Notes: generated by a model from the letters alone, not told the origin. A DNA stretch of 22,040 nucleotides from Armatimonadota bacterium (GCA_016235455.1 JACRKZ010000053.1:1-22040), one strand, 5' to 3'; positions 1 through 8,533 are shown, numbered from the stretch's first letter. Program-made: numbers and translations.

Positions 1-1
1 C

Positions 2-343
2 GAGCTGCGCCACCAGCCGCTCACCGACAGGCACCGAGGCGGCCAGCGGCTTCTCGGTCAGCACGGGCAGGCCGCGCTGGTAGAGCGCGGGCAGGATCTG
101 CCCATGCCGGTCGAATGGCTGCGGCACCACCAGCGCGTCGATTTGCTCGTTGTCGAGCATGGCCTCCGCGTCCCCGTAGACCTTGGGCACGAAGTAGCGT
201 TGTGCCACCTTCTGCGCCATGGCCGGTCGGATCTCGGCGATGGCCACCACCTCACACTCGGGCAGCGAGGCGTAGTTGCGCAGATGCGCGCACTGACCCA
301 TGCCACCCACCCCGACGAACCCGATGCGTACTTTGCTGGACAC
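2..343 (-). CDS. Gfo/Idh/MocA-family oxidoreductase, N-terminal part (runs off the left edge)
   Basis: Not in the ORF track; translated by hand from GTG at 343 (GGAGAG RBS upstream): MSSKVRIGFVGVGGMGQCAHLRNYASLPECEVVAIAE...DALVVPQPFDRH...LPVLTEKPLA. Has the Rossmann GxGxxG and the family-diagnostic EKP motif. Confidence 0.92.
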   Translation of the reverse strand, partial: MSSKVRIGFVGVGGMGQCAHLRNYASLPECEVVAIAEIRPAMAQKVAQRYFVPKVYGDAEAMLDNEQIDALVVPQPFDRHGQILPALYQRGLPVLTEKPLAASVPVGERLVAQL

Positions 344-474
344 GGCGCTCTCCACGTGGTTTTGTTCGCGACCAGTGCACAAGTCCTTCTGACCGAGCGG
401 TTCGGCCTGGGTCTGCGTGCGCTGCCTGGCGATGTGTTTGGAAATAGAGGGCACGAGAGGAAGCAGGGGGCGAA

Positions 475-1083
475 TCAGTCGTCGGGCAGGGCCTCCGCTG
501 GCAGGCCGCAGTGCTCGCTCGGCACCGGCACGGTCCGGGGGGCCTCGGGCGGCGCAGTCACGTACCGTTCGACGTCGGCCTCGCAGGTGGCCAGCTTGCC
601 AGGGATGACATGCCCGTCGATGCGCGCCCAGGCGTGCTGCAGGACGGCGTCCGCAGCCGCGGTGGCCATGGCATGCCGGCCGGGCCTGAGCGTCAGGCCC
701 GAGCCGTGGTAGTCCAAGTGGATGCGCTTGGGGCCGATGACCCAAGTCATCTGCTCATGCGGCCCCGGCGTCTTGCTGGGCAGGTCCAAGATGCCGGAGA
801 CCGCGTCCGAGGCCATGACCAGCAGGCCGCCGTCCTCGAGCTCGATCAGCAGGGCGCCTCGATCACCAGGCACCGACTTGGCGGGCATGAGGAAGCGCAC
901 GCCGACCGCGCTGACGCTGACCACCGTCACTTCCCGCGTGTCGGCGGCCAGCCGGGCGGCGGCCCTGCGTCCCGTAAGCAGGACGCCGAGGAAGTTGCGG
1001 GTGGCCAGTTGCTCGTGCCACAAGGCTTCTCGCAACCGGTCGCGCTCGTCGTCGCTGATTGGGCGCGTGATGGCGGTGACCAT
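475..1083 (-). CDS. Hypothetical protein (~202 aa)
   Basis: Track ORF 475..1134. Start moved to ATG 1083 (MVTAITRP...), which has an AGGAG RBS and lies just downstream of the GH16 stop at 1100. No recognisable motif. Confidence 0.7.
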   Translation of the reverse strand: MVTAITRPISDDERDRLREALWHEQLATRNFLGVLLTGRRAAARLAADTREVTVVSVSAVGVRFLMPAKSVPGDRGALLIELEDGGLLVMASDAVSGILDLPSKTPGPHEQMTWVIGPKRIHLDYHGSGLTLRPGRHAMATAAADAVLQHAWARIDGHVIPGKLATCEADVERYVTAPPEAPRTVPVPSEHCGLPAEALPDD

Positions 1084-1099
1084 GGTGCTCCTGCCCTTT

Positions 1100-2539
1100 C
1101 TACCTGCGCCAGGCCCGCAGGTAGTCCACCTCAAACGTCGACGGCAGATCCTTGTCCTCGGGCATACCGAACCACTCCGGCATGGTCTCGCTGTCGAAGA
1201 TGATCAGCATTGGCTCGTGGCAGTCGCGGTTGGTGATACGCCGTACGGCCACGCCGTCCACGTAGTAGACCAGTTCGTCTTTGCTCCAGTCCAGCCCGAA
1301 CACGTGGAAGTCGTCGACGAAGCGGAACGGCGCTTCCCACATGCCGCCGTCGGAGTATTTGGCGCCGGTCTCCTTACGGTCCACATGCACGTTCATGTTG
1401 TACTTGCGCTCGAAGCCCTTGGCCAGCGCGCCCAGCTCGAACACGTCGATCTCGGTGCCGTAGCCGGGAATGCCTGTGTGCTGGAACCAGAACGAGCTGG
1501 ATCCGGCCGAGGCCATCGGCTTGGCGCGCACCTCGTAGTAGCCGTAGCCGTAGCGCCGCGTGCTGATGACCACCGCCGAGGTGTAGTCCTTGTACTGGGG
1601 GTCCTCGGCCATGGCCGGCAGGTTCTGCTTGCGCATGGTCACCTGCAGGCAGCCCTTCTGCTGCGTGACGTTGGCCGGGTTGAACAGCGCCGGTGCGCGG
1701 CCCTTCCAGTACCACATGGTCGGTGTCCACCTGGTCGCGTCGAGCACCGGCCCGTCGAACTCGTCCCAGGCGTCCTTGACCGGTGTCCAGCCAGCCTTGT
1801 TGGTCTGGTCGGACAACGGCAGCAGCTCCGAAACGCGCTGCGGCGTGTCGCCCAGCGGGCCGACCCGCGTCCAGCCCTCGGCGGCACGGGCCGACTTGGC
1901 ACCCCATTTGGCGCAGAGGTAGTCGATCACCGCGCGCACCGCCTCTTCGGAGAACAGCGGTCGGTCATAGACCAGGATCTCCGCGATATCACCCTCGAAG
2001 CCCTGGTGCGTGCCCAGCGCGCTGCGGCCGATGGTCAGCGGCGCCAGGCTCATCGATCCGGCCAGCACCTCGCGCACGGTCGGGCCATACGCCGCCGTCT
2101 TGCCATCGGCTGGCAGCAGCAGCGCCAGGCCGGGATCCTTGTTGTCGCGGTCGGCGCCGGGCGCCTGGATCGACAGCACGCGCTGCCAGTCGCCGCCGCG
2201 CGCTGCCTGCTCGGCGCCACGCTGCGAGACGATGAAGATGGCCGCGGGCCCGGCGGCCTCACGGATGGCTGGCACGAGCAACGCTTGGCCGCCCGAGAAG
2301 CGCACTGCCGGCTTGCCGCCCAGCGCCGTCCCGAGCGCGGTCGGCCGGCGTTGCGGGTCCGCCACGGCATCGTGGCCCGCGCCCGACTTGTCGCGCCAGC
2401 GCACCACGGCATCGCCATCGCGCTGCACGGTGGCCAGGTCCGCGGCGTCCAGCCAGAGGGCCAGTCCCTTGCGGTCGAGCTCAGCTCCTGCTGCCGCGGT
2501 GATCGCCATGATCAACACTCCCATCCGCCACCACTGCAT
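1100..2539 (-). CDS. Secreted GH16 glycoside hydrolase with N-terminal LamG/concanavalin-like domain
   Basis: Signal peptide MQWWRMGVLIMAITAAAGA-E and AAGGAGAGG RBS. LALWLDAAD...VVRWRDKSG...FEGDIAEILVYDRPL is a LamG-like signature. The GH16 domain has WDEFDG, YGYYEVRAK, catalytic EIDVFE (1436-1453), FHVFGLDW and FEVDYLRAW. Confidence 0.92.
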   Translation of the reverse strand: MQWWRMGVLIMAITAAAGAELDRKGLALWLDAADLATVQRDGDAVVRWRDKSGAGHDAVADPQRRPTALGTALGGKPAVRFSGGQALLVPAIREAAGPAAIFIVSQRGAEQAARGGDWQRVLSIQAPGADRDNKDPGLALLLPADGKTAAYGPTVREVLAGSMSLAPLTIGRSALGTHQGFEGDIAEILVYDRPLFSEEAVRAVIDYLCAKWGAKSARAAEGWTRVGPLGDTPQRVSELLPLSDQTNKAGWTPVKDAWDEFDGPVLDATRWTPTMWYWKGRAPALFNPANVTQQKGCLQVTMRKQNLPAMAEDPQYKDYTSAVVISTRRYGYGYYEVRAKPMASAGSSSFWFQHTGIPGYGTEIDVFELGALAKGFERKYNMNVHVDRKETGAKYSDGGMWEAPFRFVDDFHVFGLDWSKDELVYYVDGVAVRRITNRDCHEPMLIIFDSETMPEWFGMPEDKDLPSTFEVDYLRAWRR

Positions 2540-2607
2540 GGCGTGCCTCTCCTTGGTGCTGCCAGGTACCCGATGTTACGGCGGCCTGTCGATCCCTGCT
2601 TTTTTCC

Positions 2608-2634
2608 TAGTGAACGGCCCAATCCTGCCGATGG
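2608..2634 (+). promoter_or_regulatory. Possible sigma-28 (FliA)-like promoter
   Basis: TAGT-N15-GCCGATGG versus consensus TAAA-N15-GCCGATAA, about 95 bp upstream of the 2729 start. The -35 match is weak. Confidence 0.2.
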
Positions 2635-2728
2635 TAGTAGACGGTGCCTGGGCGCGTGGATAAAGTCACGGGGTAGATATTGCCCGCCACGATACCGGGC
2701 CGGCCGTGAAACGGCCAGGGAGGGTCTC

Positions 2729-4318
2729 ATGAAACGCGTGCGATCGCTTTGCTGGGTGGCAGTGCTGGCGTTGGTCTGCGGCAGCGCGGCCCAGGCGGTA
2801 CCGTCCAAGTACGTCAAGGAGCAGGCCGTGAAGGCCGTCGCCAAAGTGCTCGCCGGTGGCGCCGACGCCATGGAGCGCTACGGGCAACTCAAGGCCGACG
2901 GCAAGCTGGACGAACTCAAGGACGGTGAGCCGCGGTCGCTGGCCCTGGCTCGCCGCCTGCGCAACACCTGGGACGATGGCTTCGACGCCTACTGCGAGGC
3001 GCTGGCCGAAGGCTGGACCGCCGACGACGCTGACATGACCAAGATGCGCGAGGCGCTGGACAGCGCGCGCGAGAAGTTCGAGGCCTGTGGCATGTGGGTG
3101 GCGGTGCGCCTGGGCGAACCGATCATCCCCGGCAACTACCGCAATCGGCTGGAGGTCATCCGTGACCTGGTGGCCGGCGCAGCGGCCAAACTGCAGGCCA
3201 AGATGGTGGACGAGGCCACGGAGGATTTCGACAGCGCGGACAAGCGTATGAAAGGCATCGCCACCGAGGCCGAGAACGCCGCCGATAACGGCGACAAGAC
3301 GGTCATCTCGCCCAAGCATCCCGCGATCAAGCGCACCCTCGACGAGATCGCCCGCCTCAAGGGCACCGGTGCCGGCGTGTTGGCCGATACGGCCAAGCTG
3401 CGCGAAGCGGTCGACGCCGACATCAAGGCGCTGCTGGCCACGTATGCCAAGATGGACGAGGTGTTCCGAACGGCGGAGGGCGCCACCAGCATCTCCGGCA
3501 ACTACGAGGACCGCAAGGCTGACTACGACAAGGCGCTGGCCGTCTTCAAGACCTGGTTCGCCGAGCAGAGGCCGGCGCTGGCCAAACAGCTCAAGGAGTT
3601 CACGGACAAGTACGGCGCGACCGAGCAGGCCGTGGAGACCAAGCTGGCCGAGCTCATGGGTCATCGCATCGACACCACGCCGTCGCCCGGCTATGCCTTC
3701 GCCCGGCTGACCGAAGGCCTGGCCAAGACCAGCGAGAACGCCAAGGAGGTCGCGGCGAAGCTGTACCAGGATGCCACGGGCACCTTGGATGGCATCGACA
3801 AGTACAGCGAAGACATCCGGCTATCCGTGTTCGACCGTGAGAAGGCCAAGATCGAGGCGGCGCTCACCTTCGACCCCGACAACGCCGACATCAAGGCGCG
3901 CCTGGACAAGGCGGTCGCCGATCGAGCGGCTTGCGCGGCCAAGATCGAAGCCGCCATCGACGCCCGCACCTGGCCTGGCAACACCAAGAACTTTGCTGGT
4001 CCCGGCACGGTCGAGGCCCTGGCGGCATCTTGCCTGGCCTACTTGCGGGGCGAGGCCAAGGAAGGCGACGAGGTGCTCTCCGTACGCGTCACGGGCAACT
4101 GGGAAGGTGGCGAGAAGGACGCGCTGGGCCGCCTGATCAACTATCAGTTGCCGATCCTCGTGGCCTATCGGCTCAAGGTCGACAAGGACGCCGGGAAGGA
4201 CCTGGCCAAGGTCTTCGAGCTGTCGATGATCACTCTGGACCTGAAGAAGGCTCCACCGTGGAAGTACAGCGCAACGCTGGGCAACTGGCGGATGCGCTAC
4301 TCCAAGATGCCCAAGTAG
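2729..4318 (+). CDS. Secreted hypothetical protein (529 aa), mostly alpha-helical with a small C-terminal alpha/beta domain
   Basis: This is the real part of track ORF 722..4318. ATG at 2729 with AGGGAGGG RBS, signal peptide MKRVRSLCWVAVLALVCGSAAQA, strong GC3 codon bias and Ala/Lys/Asp/Glu-rich helices. Confidence 0.88.
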   Translation: MKRVRSLCWVAVLALVCGSAAQAVPSKYVKEQAVKAVAKVLAGGADAMERYGQLKADGKLDELKDGEPRSLALARRLRNTWDDGFDAYCEALAEGWTADDADMTKMREALDSAREKFEACGMWVAVRLGEPIIPGNYRNRLEVIRDLVAGAAAKLQAKMVDEATEDFDSADKRMKGIATEAENAADNGDKTVISPKHPAIKRTLDEIARLKGTGAGVLADTAKLREAVDADIKALLATYAKMDEVFRTAEGATSISGNYEDRKADYDKALAVFKTWFAEQRPALAKQLKEFTDKYGATEQAVETKLAELMGHRIDTTPSPGYAFARLTEGLAKTSENAKEVAAKLYQDATGTLDGIDKYSEDIRLSVFDREKAKIEAALTFDPDNADIKARLDKAVADRAACAAKIEAAIDARTWPGNTKNFAGPGTVEALAASCLAYLRGEAKEGDEVLSVRVTGNWEGGEKDALGRLINYQLPILVAYRLKVDKDAGKDLAKVFELSMITLDLKKAPPWKYSATLGNWRMRYSKMPK

Positions 4319-4327
4319 GCGGCTCCG

Positions 4328-4354
4328 GTAGCCTCGGCGAGCCGCCGAGGCTAC
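4328..4354. terminator. Perfect hairpin between convergent genes (bidirectional terminator or GTAG-type REP-like element)
   Basis: GTAGCCTCGGCG-agc-CGCCGAGGCTAC: 12-bp stem overlapping the SDR stop codon at 4351-4353. No U-tract. Confidence 0.6.
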
Positions 4355-5286
4355 AAGCTCTCATAGCTGGCGCGCCGGTCCCGCCGGCGCGCCAGTTCGC
4401 TTGCGTAGCGTCGGCCCAGCGTGTCGCCGTGTGCGCGGCACCAGTCCGACAGCGCGGTCTGGCCGGCCGGGGCGGAATCGGTGACCAGCAGGTTGTCCAT
4501 CAGCCCGCGGATCTCCTCGCGCGTGACCACCACGTCGCCCAGGAACCAGCCCATGGCCACCGACAGCCAGTAGCCCAGCTCCGGCGGCAGGCTGACCATG
4601 GGCCGGTGTCGGCCGACCGCATCGCCCACTACCCGCACCAGTTCGCGATAGGTGAAGGTCTCGGGGCCGATTGCGTCGATGACCTGGTTCTCCGTACTGG
4701 CGGAGCAGGTCACGGCCAGTGCCGCCAGGTCGTCGACGTAGATGGGCTGCAGCCGGTACTCGCCGTCGCCGAACAGCCCGAACACCGGGAACCGGCGCAG
4801 CATCCAGGCGATGTTGTTGATGAGGATGTCCTCGGCGCCAAACAGCACTGTGGGGCGCAGGATGGCATAGGACAGCCCCGACTCGGTCAGCGCCTCCTCC
4901 AACTCGGCTTTGCCCGAGAAGTAGGGCAGCGGCGACTCGTGGCTGGGATTGGTGATGCTGACATGCACGATGCGCCGCACGCCGGCGCGCTTGGCCGCCG
5001 CGAACAACGTCAGTGTGTTGTCCACGGCCTGGCTGTGGTTGAAGTCACGGTGGTCGAAGCGCACCCAGTAGGTGTTGATCAGCGCGTCGACACCCTCCAG
5101 CGACCGGGTCAGCTCGTCGGGCTGGTCGAAGTGGTAGCCGTGCACCTCCACCACGCCGTCGAACGCGTTGGCGCGGTCGGGCGAGTTGGTCAGCGTGCGC
5201 ACCTGATCGCCCGCCGCCAGCAGGCGCTGGGCGATGTACTTGCCCGAGTAGCCGAAGGCTCCGGTGACGACGACAGTTCTGGCCAT
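4351..5286 (-). CDS. NAD(P)-dependent epimerase/dehydratase-family atypical SDR (NDUFA9-like)
   Basis: VVVTGAFGYSGKYIA Rossmann motif, GVRRIVHVS, YFSGK (YxxxK), YAILRPTVLFG and LQPIYVDDLA. Purine-rich RBS (AAGGGGG) upstream. Confidence 0.9.
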   Translation of the reverse strand: MARTVVVTGAFGYSGKYIAQRLLAAGDQVRTLTNSPDRANAFDGVVEVHGYHFDQPDELTRSLEGVDALINTYWVRFDHRDFNHSQAVDNTLTLFAAAKRAGVRRIVHVSITNPSHESPLPYFSGKAELEEALTESGLSYAILRPTVLFGAEDILINNIAWMLRRFPVFGLFGDGEYRLQPIYVDDLAALAVTCSASTENQVIDAIGPETFTYRELVRVVGDAVGRHRPMVSLPPELGYWLSVAMGWFLGDVVVTREEIRGLMDNLLVTDSAPAGQTALSDWCRAHGDTLGRRYASELARRRDRRASYESL

Positions 5287-5302
5287 GGAGCACCCCCTTC
5301 AC

Positions 5303-5359
5303 AAAACGGTGTCAGGGACCGTTTTCCATCATGCTGAAAACGGTCCCTGACACCGTTTT
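5303..5359. repeat. REP doublet / REPIN-like inverted repeat
   Basis: Perfect 24-bp arms AAAACGGTGTCAGGGACCGTTTTC (5303-5326) and GAAAACGGTCCCTGACACCGTTTT (5336-5359) with a 9-nt spacer. Each arm is itself a hairpin (AAAACGGT-gtcaggg-ACCGTTTT). Confidence 0.85.
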
Positions 5360-7486
5360 CTAGGCCGCGCCGTGCTCGGTGCGGGCGATGACGGTTTCCT
5401 GCAGGTCGCGACCGAGCCGCGTGAAGTACTCGCTGTAGCCGCCGATGCGGACGATCAGGTCGGCGTAGCGCTCCGGCTCGGCCTGCGCCGCCAACAGCGT
5501 GGCGCGATCCACCACGGTGAGCTGGATCTGTGGCCCGCCGCGCTCAAAGAAGCCACGCACCAGCGCCGCCAGGGCCTCCAGCCCGGCGCTCGACTCGAAC
5601 AGCGCGTGTTGCGCGCGCAGGTTGAGCACCGGCGTGCCCACCGCCAGGTGCAGTGGCAGCTTGGCCACCGAGGCCAGCATGGCCGTCGGCCCGTGCGTGT
5701 CGCGCCCGGCCACCGGTCCCACGGAGTCGTTCAGCGGGGTGCCGGCCAGCCGGCCGTCGGGCGTAGCGCCGACCGACGAGCCAGCATCGCCGTACGTGGC
5801 GAACAGGATGCACGAGGGCAGGTAGCGCCCGCCGCGTGGCGTGCGGTGCGTCCGCAGACAGCGCCAAGCGTGCTCGACGACGGCCGCGCCCAGTTGGTCG
5901 ACCCGCTCCACGTCGTTGCCAAACCGACGGGAGCCAGCCAACCGGCGGCGCAGCGGCTCATGGCCCTCGAAGTTGGCGGCCAGCGCGGCCAGCACCTCGG
6001 CCATGCTCGCCGCGTGGTCAGCAAAGACCACCTGCTCGATGGCGGCCAGGCTGTCGATCACGTTGGCGATGCCCTGGTAGGAGACGACGGCCCAGTTGTA
6101 GCGTGCGCCGCCGGCCTCGAACGACAGGCCGCGCGCGACGCAGTCGCGGGTGAAGAAGGTGCGCGGCAGCTTCGGGTCGCCGGCCGCGAAGCGTGCCGTC
6201 AGGGCCGCGTTGTGGTGGGCCGCCATGGCCTCGGTCAGGGCCTCGACCTCGGCCTGCACCGCGCTCACGGCATCGTCGATGGTTGACCAGGCCGCCGCTC
6301 CGGGCTGGCGCAGCGCGCGCTCGAGCGCCACGGCCAGGTTGATCTCGGCCTCCAGGCTACCGACGTTGGACAGTCCGGCGATCATCGTCTCCGTGCAGCC
6401 GCCGAAGCCGATCTCGCGGGCGTCCTCGACCGTCAGCCCCACATCGGCCGCCAGCAGCGATGCGATGTACAGGTCGTCGTTGTACAGCGCGGGCCGGCCG
6501 CTGCCTTCGCCCAGTACCACGAGCGCGCGTCGGAGCACATGCGGCGGCGTGTCGTCGCTCAGCCGCAGCGCCACATTCGGTCGGCGCAGCTTGTTGCGCT
6601 GGCAGGCATCGATGCATTCGAGTGTCAGTGCGTTGCAGCCGTCGGCGCCGTCCGGTCTGCGCCCGCCGAGTTGCAGGTTCCAGCCGTTGAGCCGCTCGAA
6701 CGACTGCCACAGCTCGTCCAGCAGGCGGCGCGCCAGGCCGAGATCGAGCCGGCCGGCGGCCAGATCGGCCTCGAACAGCGGCCCGAGCACCTGGTCGAAA
6801 CGGCCGATGCTGTCGCAGAAATCGAGCATCCAGGTGAAGTTGACCGCCAGCAGCCCTTCCAGGAAACTCGTCGCCGGCTGACGGAAGCACCGCGCGAAGG
6901 CCGCGGCGATGGGCGCCAGTTCGGGTCGGGCCAGCGCTGCCTGAGCCAGGGCCTCGCGCGTACGCTCCCAGAAGGCCAGCACGCCGGCGGCGTAGTCGGT
7001 CAAGGCCAGCAGCAGCGGATCGTCGGGCTGCTCGGCGAGGCGGTCGGCCAACTCGGCGGCCATGGCCTCGAAGCCCTCGTGCACCACACGGCGCATGTCG
7101 GGGTTGCTGTGGGTGTAGCCGCCGAAGTGCGGCAATCGCGGCTCAAGGTCGGCCACCAAGGCGTCGATGGCCTGTGCGTGGTGCGGGAACCGTGCGCGCC
7201 GATCGTCAGCGACATGGCGATTGACCCGCAGGCCGCGGTTGTGGTCGGCATCGACGATGAGCGCCGTGGCATACCAGTGGCCGTGCGAAGTCATGGTCCA
7301 AGCGGTGGGCAGGGGCTCGACGGGGTGCAGCAACGCGTCGGGCGCGATGGTCACGGGCAGGTGCTCATAGAGCCGGCGCAGGGCCAGGCCATAGGACCGT
7401 GGCCAGGGCAGGTCGAGCCCTTCGTAGAAGCCCAATGCGGCCCATTCTCCGAGTTCGATCAGGACGTCGGGGTCGATGTTCGTCAC
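5360..7486 (-). CDS. Glycyl radical enzyme (PFL superfamily), single-Cys CxE type, substrate unknown
   Basis: C-terminal Gly loop YADLIVRIGGYSEYF (RIGGYS at 5432-5449) and Cys loop IGFGGCTE (GCTE at 6389-6400). Also SIGRFDQVL, NLQLGGRRPDG, FGNDVERVD and GATPDGRLAGTPLNDS. GTG start with AAGGGAG RBS. Confidence 0.95.
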   Translation of the reverse strand: MTNIDPDVLIELGEWAALGFYEGLDLPWPRSYGLALRRLYEHLPVTIAPDALLHPVEPLPTAWTMTSHGHWYATALIVDADHNRGLRVNRHVADDRRARFPHHAQAIDALVADLEPRLPHFGGYTHSNPDMRRVVHEGFEAMAAELADRLAEQPDDPLLLALTDYAAGVLAFWERTREALAQAALARPELAPIAAAFARCFRQPATSFLEGLLAVNFTWMLDFCDSIGRFDQVLGPLFEADLAAGRLDLGLARRLLDELWQSFERLNGWNLQLGGRRPDGADGCNALTLECIDACQRNKLRRPNVALRLSDDTPPHVLRRALVVLGEGSGRPALYNDDLYIASLLAADVGLTVEDAREIGFGGCTETMIAGLSNVGSLEAEINLAVALERALRQPGAAAWSTIDDAVSAVQAEVEALTEAMAAHHNAALTARFAAGDPKLPRTFFTRDCVARGLSFEAGGARYNWAVVSYQGIANVIDSLAAIEQVVFADHAASMAEVLAALAANFEGHEPLRRRLAGSRRFGNDVERVDQLGAAVVEHAWRCLRTHRTPRGGRYLPSCILFATYGDAGSSVGATPDGRLAGTPLNDSVGPVAGRDTHGPTAMLASVAKLPLHLAVGTPVLNLRAQHALFESSAGLEALAALVRGFFERGGPQIQLTVVDRATLLAAQAEPERYADLIVRIGGYSEYFTRLGRDLQETVIARTEHGAA

Positions 7487-7498
7487 GCTGGAACTCCC

Positions 7499-8518
7499 TT
7501 AGGAAGCAGACCTGCGGTCACGCCGGTCGAGCCAGATGAGGACACGGTAGCTGGCCCAGCCGACCACGCCCATGAGCACGAAGAACAGTGCGTAGGCGAC
7601 CGGCATGGGCAGCGCCTTGGTCATCGCGCTCCATTCGGACATACCGCCTATGCCCGACAGCAGCGTCATGGGCATGAAGATGACGGTGATCATGGTCAGG
7701 CGGCGCATGACGAAATTGGTGCGGTTGCCGATCAGCGCCATCTGGTTGTTGACCGCCGAGAGGTGGATCTCGATGATGCTGGCGACCAGCTCGCGGCAGA
7801 TCTCCACCACCTCGAAGAACTTGGTCAGGTGGTCGTTGATGTCGCGGAATGCGTAGACCGCGGCCTCGGACACATAGGGCGAGTCGCGGCGACAGAGCTT
7901 GGTCAGGATCTCCCGCTCATAGACCAGGCTCTTGCGCAGCCGCAGCAAGCTCCGCCGCAAATGCACCAGTTGGCCCGGCTGGAAGCCCTCGCTGCCGTCC
8001 AGAATGCGCTCCTCGATGTCGTCGAGCTGCTCCTGGAGCGCCTCGATGGCCTCGAACTTCTCGTCGACGATCTCGTCGAGCAGCACGTGCAGCAGATGGT
8101 CCGGTCCGTGTCGGGCCTCGGCCAGGTCACGCTTGGCGCACGCCTCGAAGCGGTCGGCCAGCGCGTCGGGCGAGAGGCCGTGGGCGTGTACCGTGAGCAG
8201 GTAGCGGTCGTTCAGGAAGAAGTTGACCTCCTCCACGGCGGGTGGTCCGCCGGTCTGGCGCCAGCGGTTGAACAGCACGAAGCTGTGCCCCGGGAATTCC
8301 TCCATCTTCGGCACCTGATCGTCGTCCAGGCAGTCCTCGATGGCCAGCGGGTGCAGTTCGAACGGCTCAACCAGCGGCGCGAAGTCGGCCTCGGTGGGGT
8401 CGGTCAGGTCGATCCACAGGTAGGCTTTCTTCTCGCTGATGGCCAGGGCCGCGTCCATCGACGGCAGCCGCTCCAGCAGCTTGTTCTGGCGAACCACATA
8501 GCAACGGATCTCACCCAC
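7499..8518 (-). CDS. corA: CorA-family divalent cation transporter (non-canonical GMS signature)
   Basis: LWIDLTDP, FELHPLAIEDCL...QVPKMEEF, HLLHVLLDEIVD, FRDINDHL, N.VMRRLTMITVIFMPMTLLSGIGGMSEW and two C-terminal TM helices. GTG start with AAGGAG RBS. Confidence 0.92.
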   Translation of the reverse strand: MGEIRCYVVRQNKLLERLPSMDAALAISEKKAYLWIDLTDPTEADFAPLVEPFELHPLAIEDCLDDDQVPKMEEFPGHSFVLFNRWRQTGGPPAVEEVNFFLNDRYLLTVHAHGLSPDALADRFEACAKRDLAEARHGPDHLLHVLLDEIVDEKFEAIEALQEQLDDIEERILDGSEGFQPGQLVHLRRSLLRLRKSLVYEREILTKLCRRDSPYVSEAAVYAFRDINDHLTKFFEVVEICRELVASIIEIHLSAVNNQMALIGNRTNFVMRRLTMITVIFMPMTLLSGIGGMSEWSAMTKALPMPVAYALFFVLMGVVGWASYRVLIWLDRRDRRSAS

Positions 8519-8533
8519 GAGCTGCTCCTTGAC

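Noticed and set aside
722-2728. N-terminal two-thirds of the 1198-aa ORF 722..4318
   Set aside because: Antisense shadow of the GH16 and hypothetical genes. The real protein starts at ATG 2729 with an RBS and signal peptide.
5360-7486. Calling the GRE pflB, cutC or hypD
   Set aside because: No Cys-Cys pair as in PFL, and the subclass-specific residues cannot be verified by eye.
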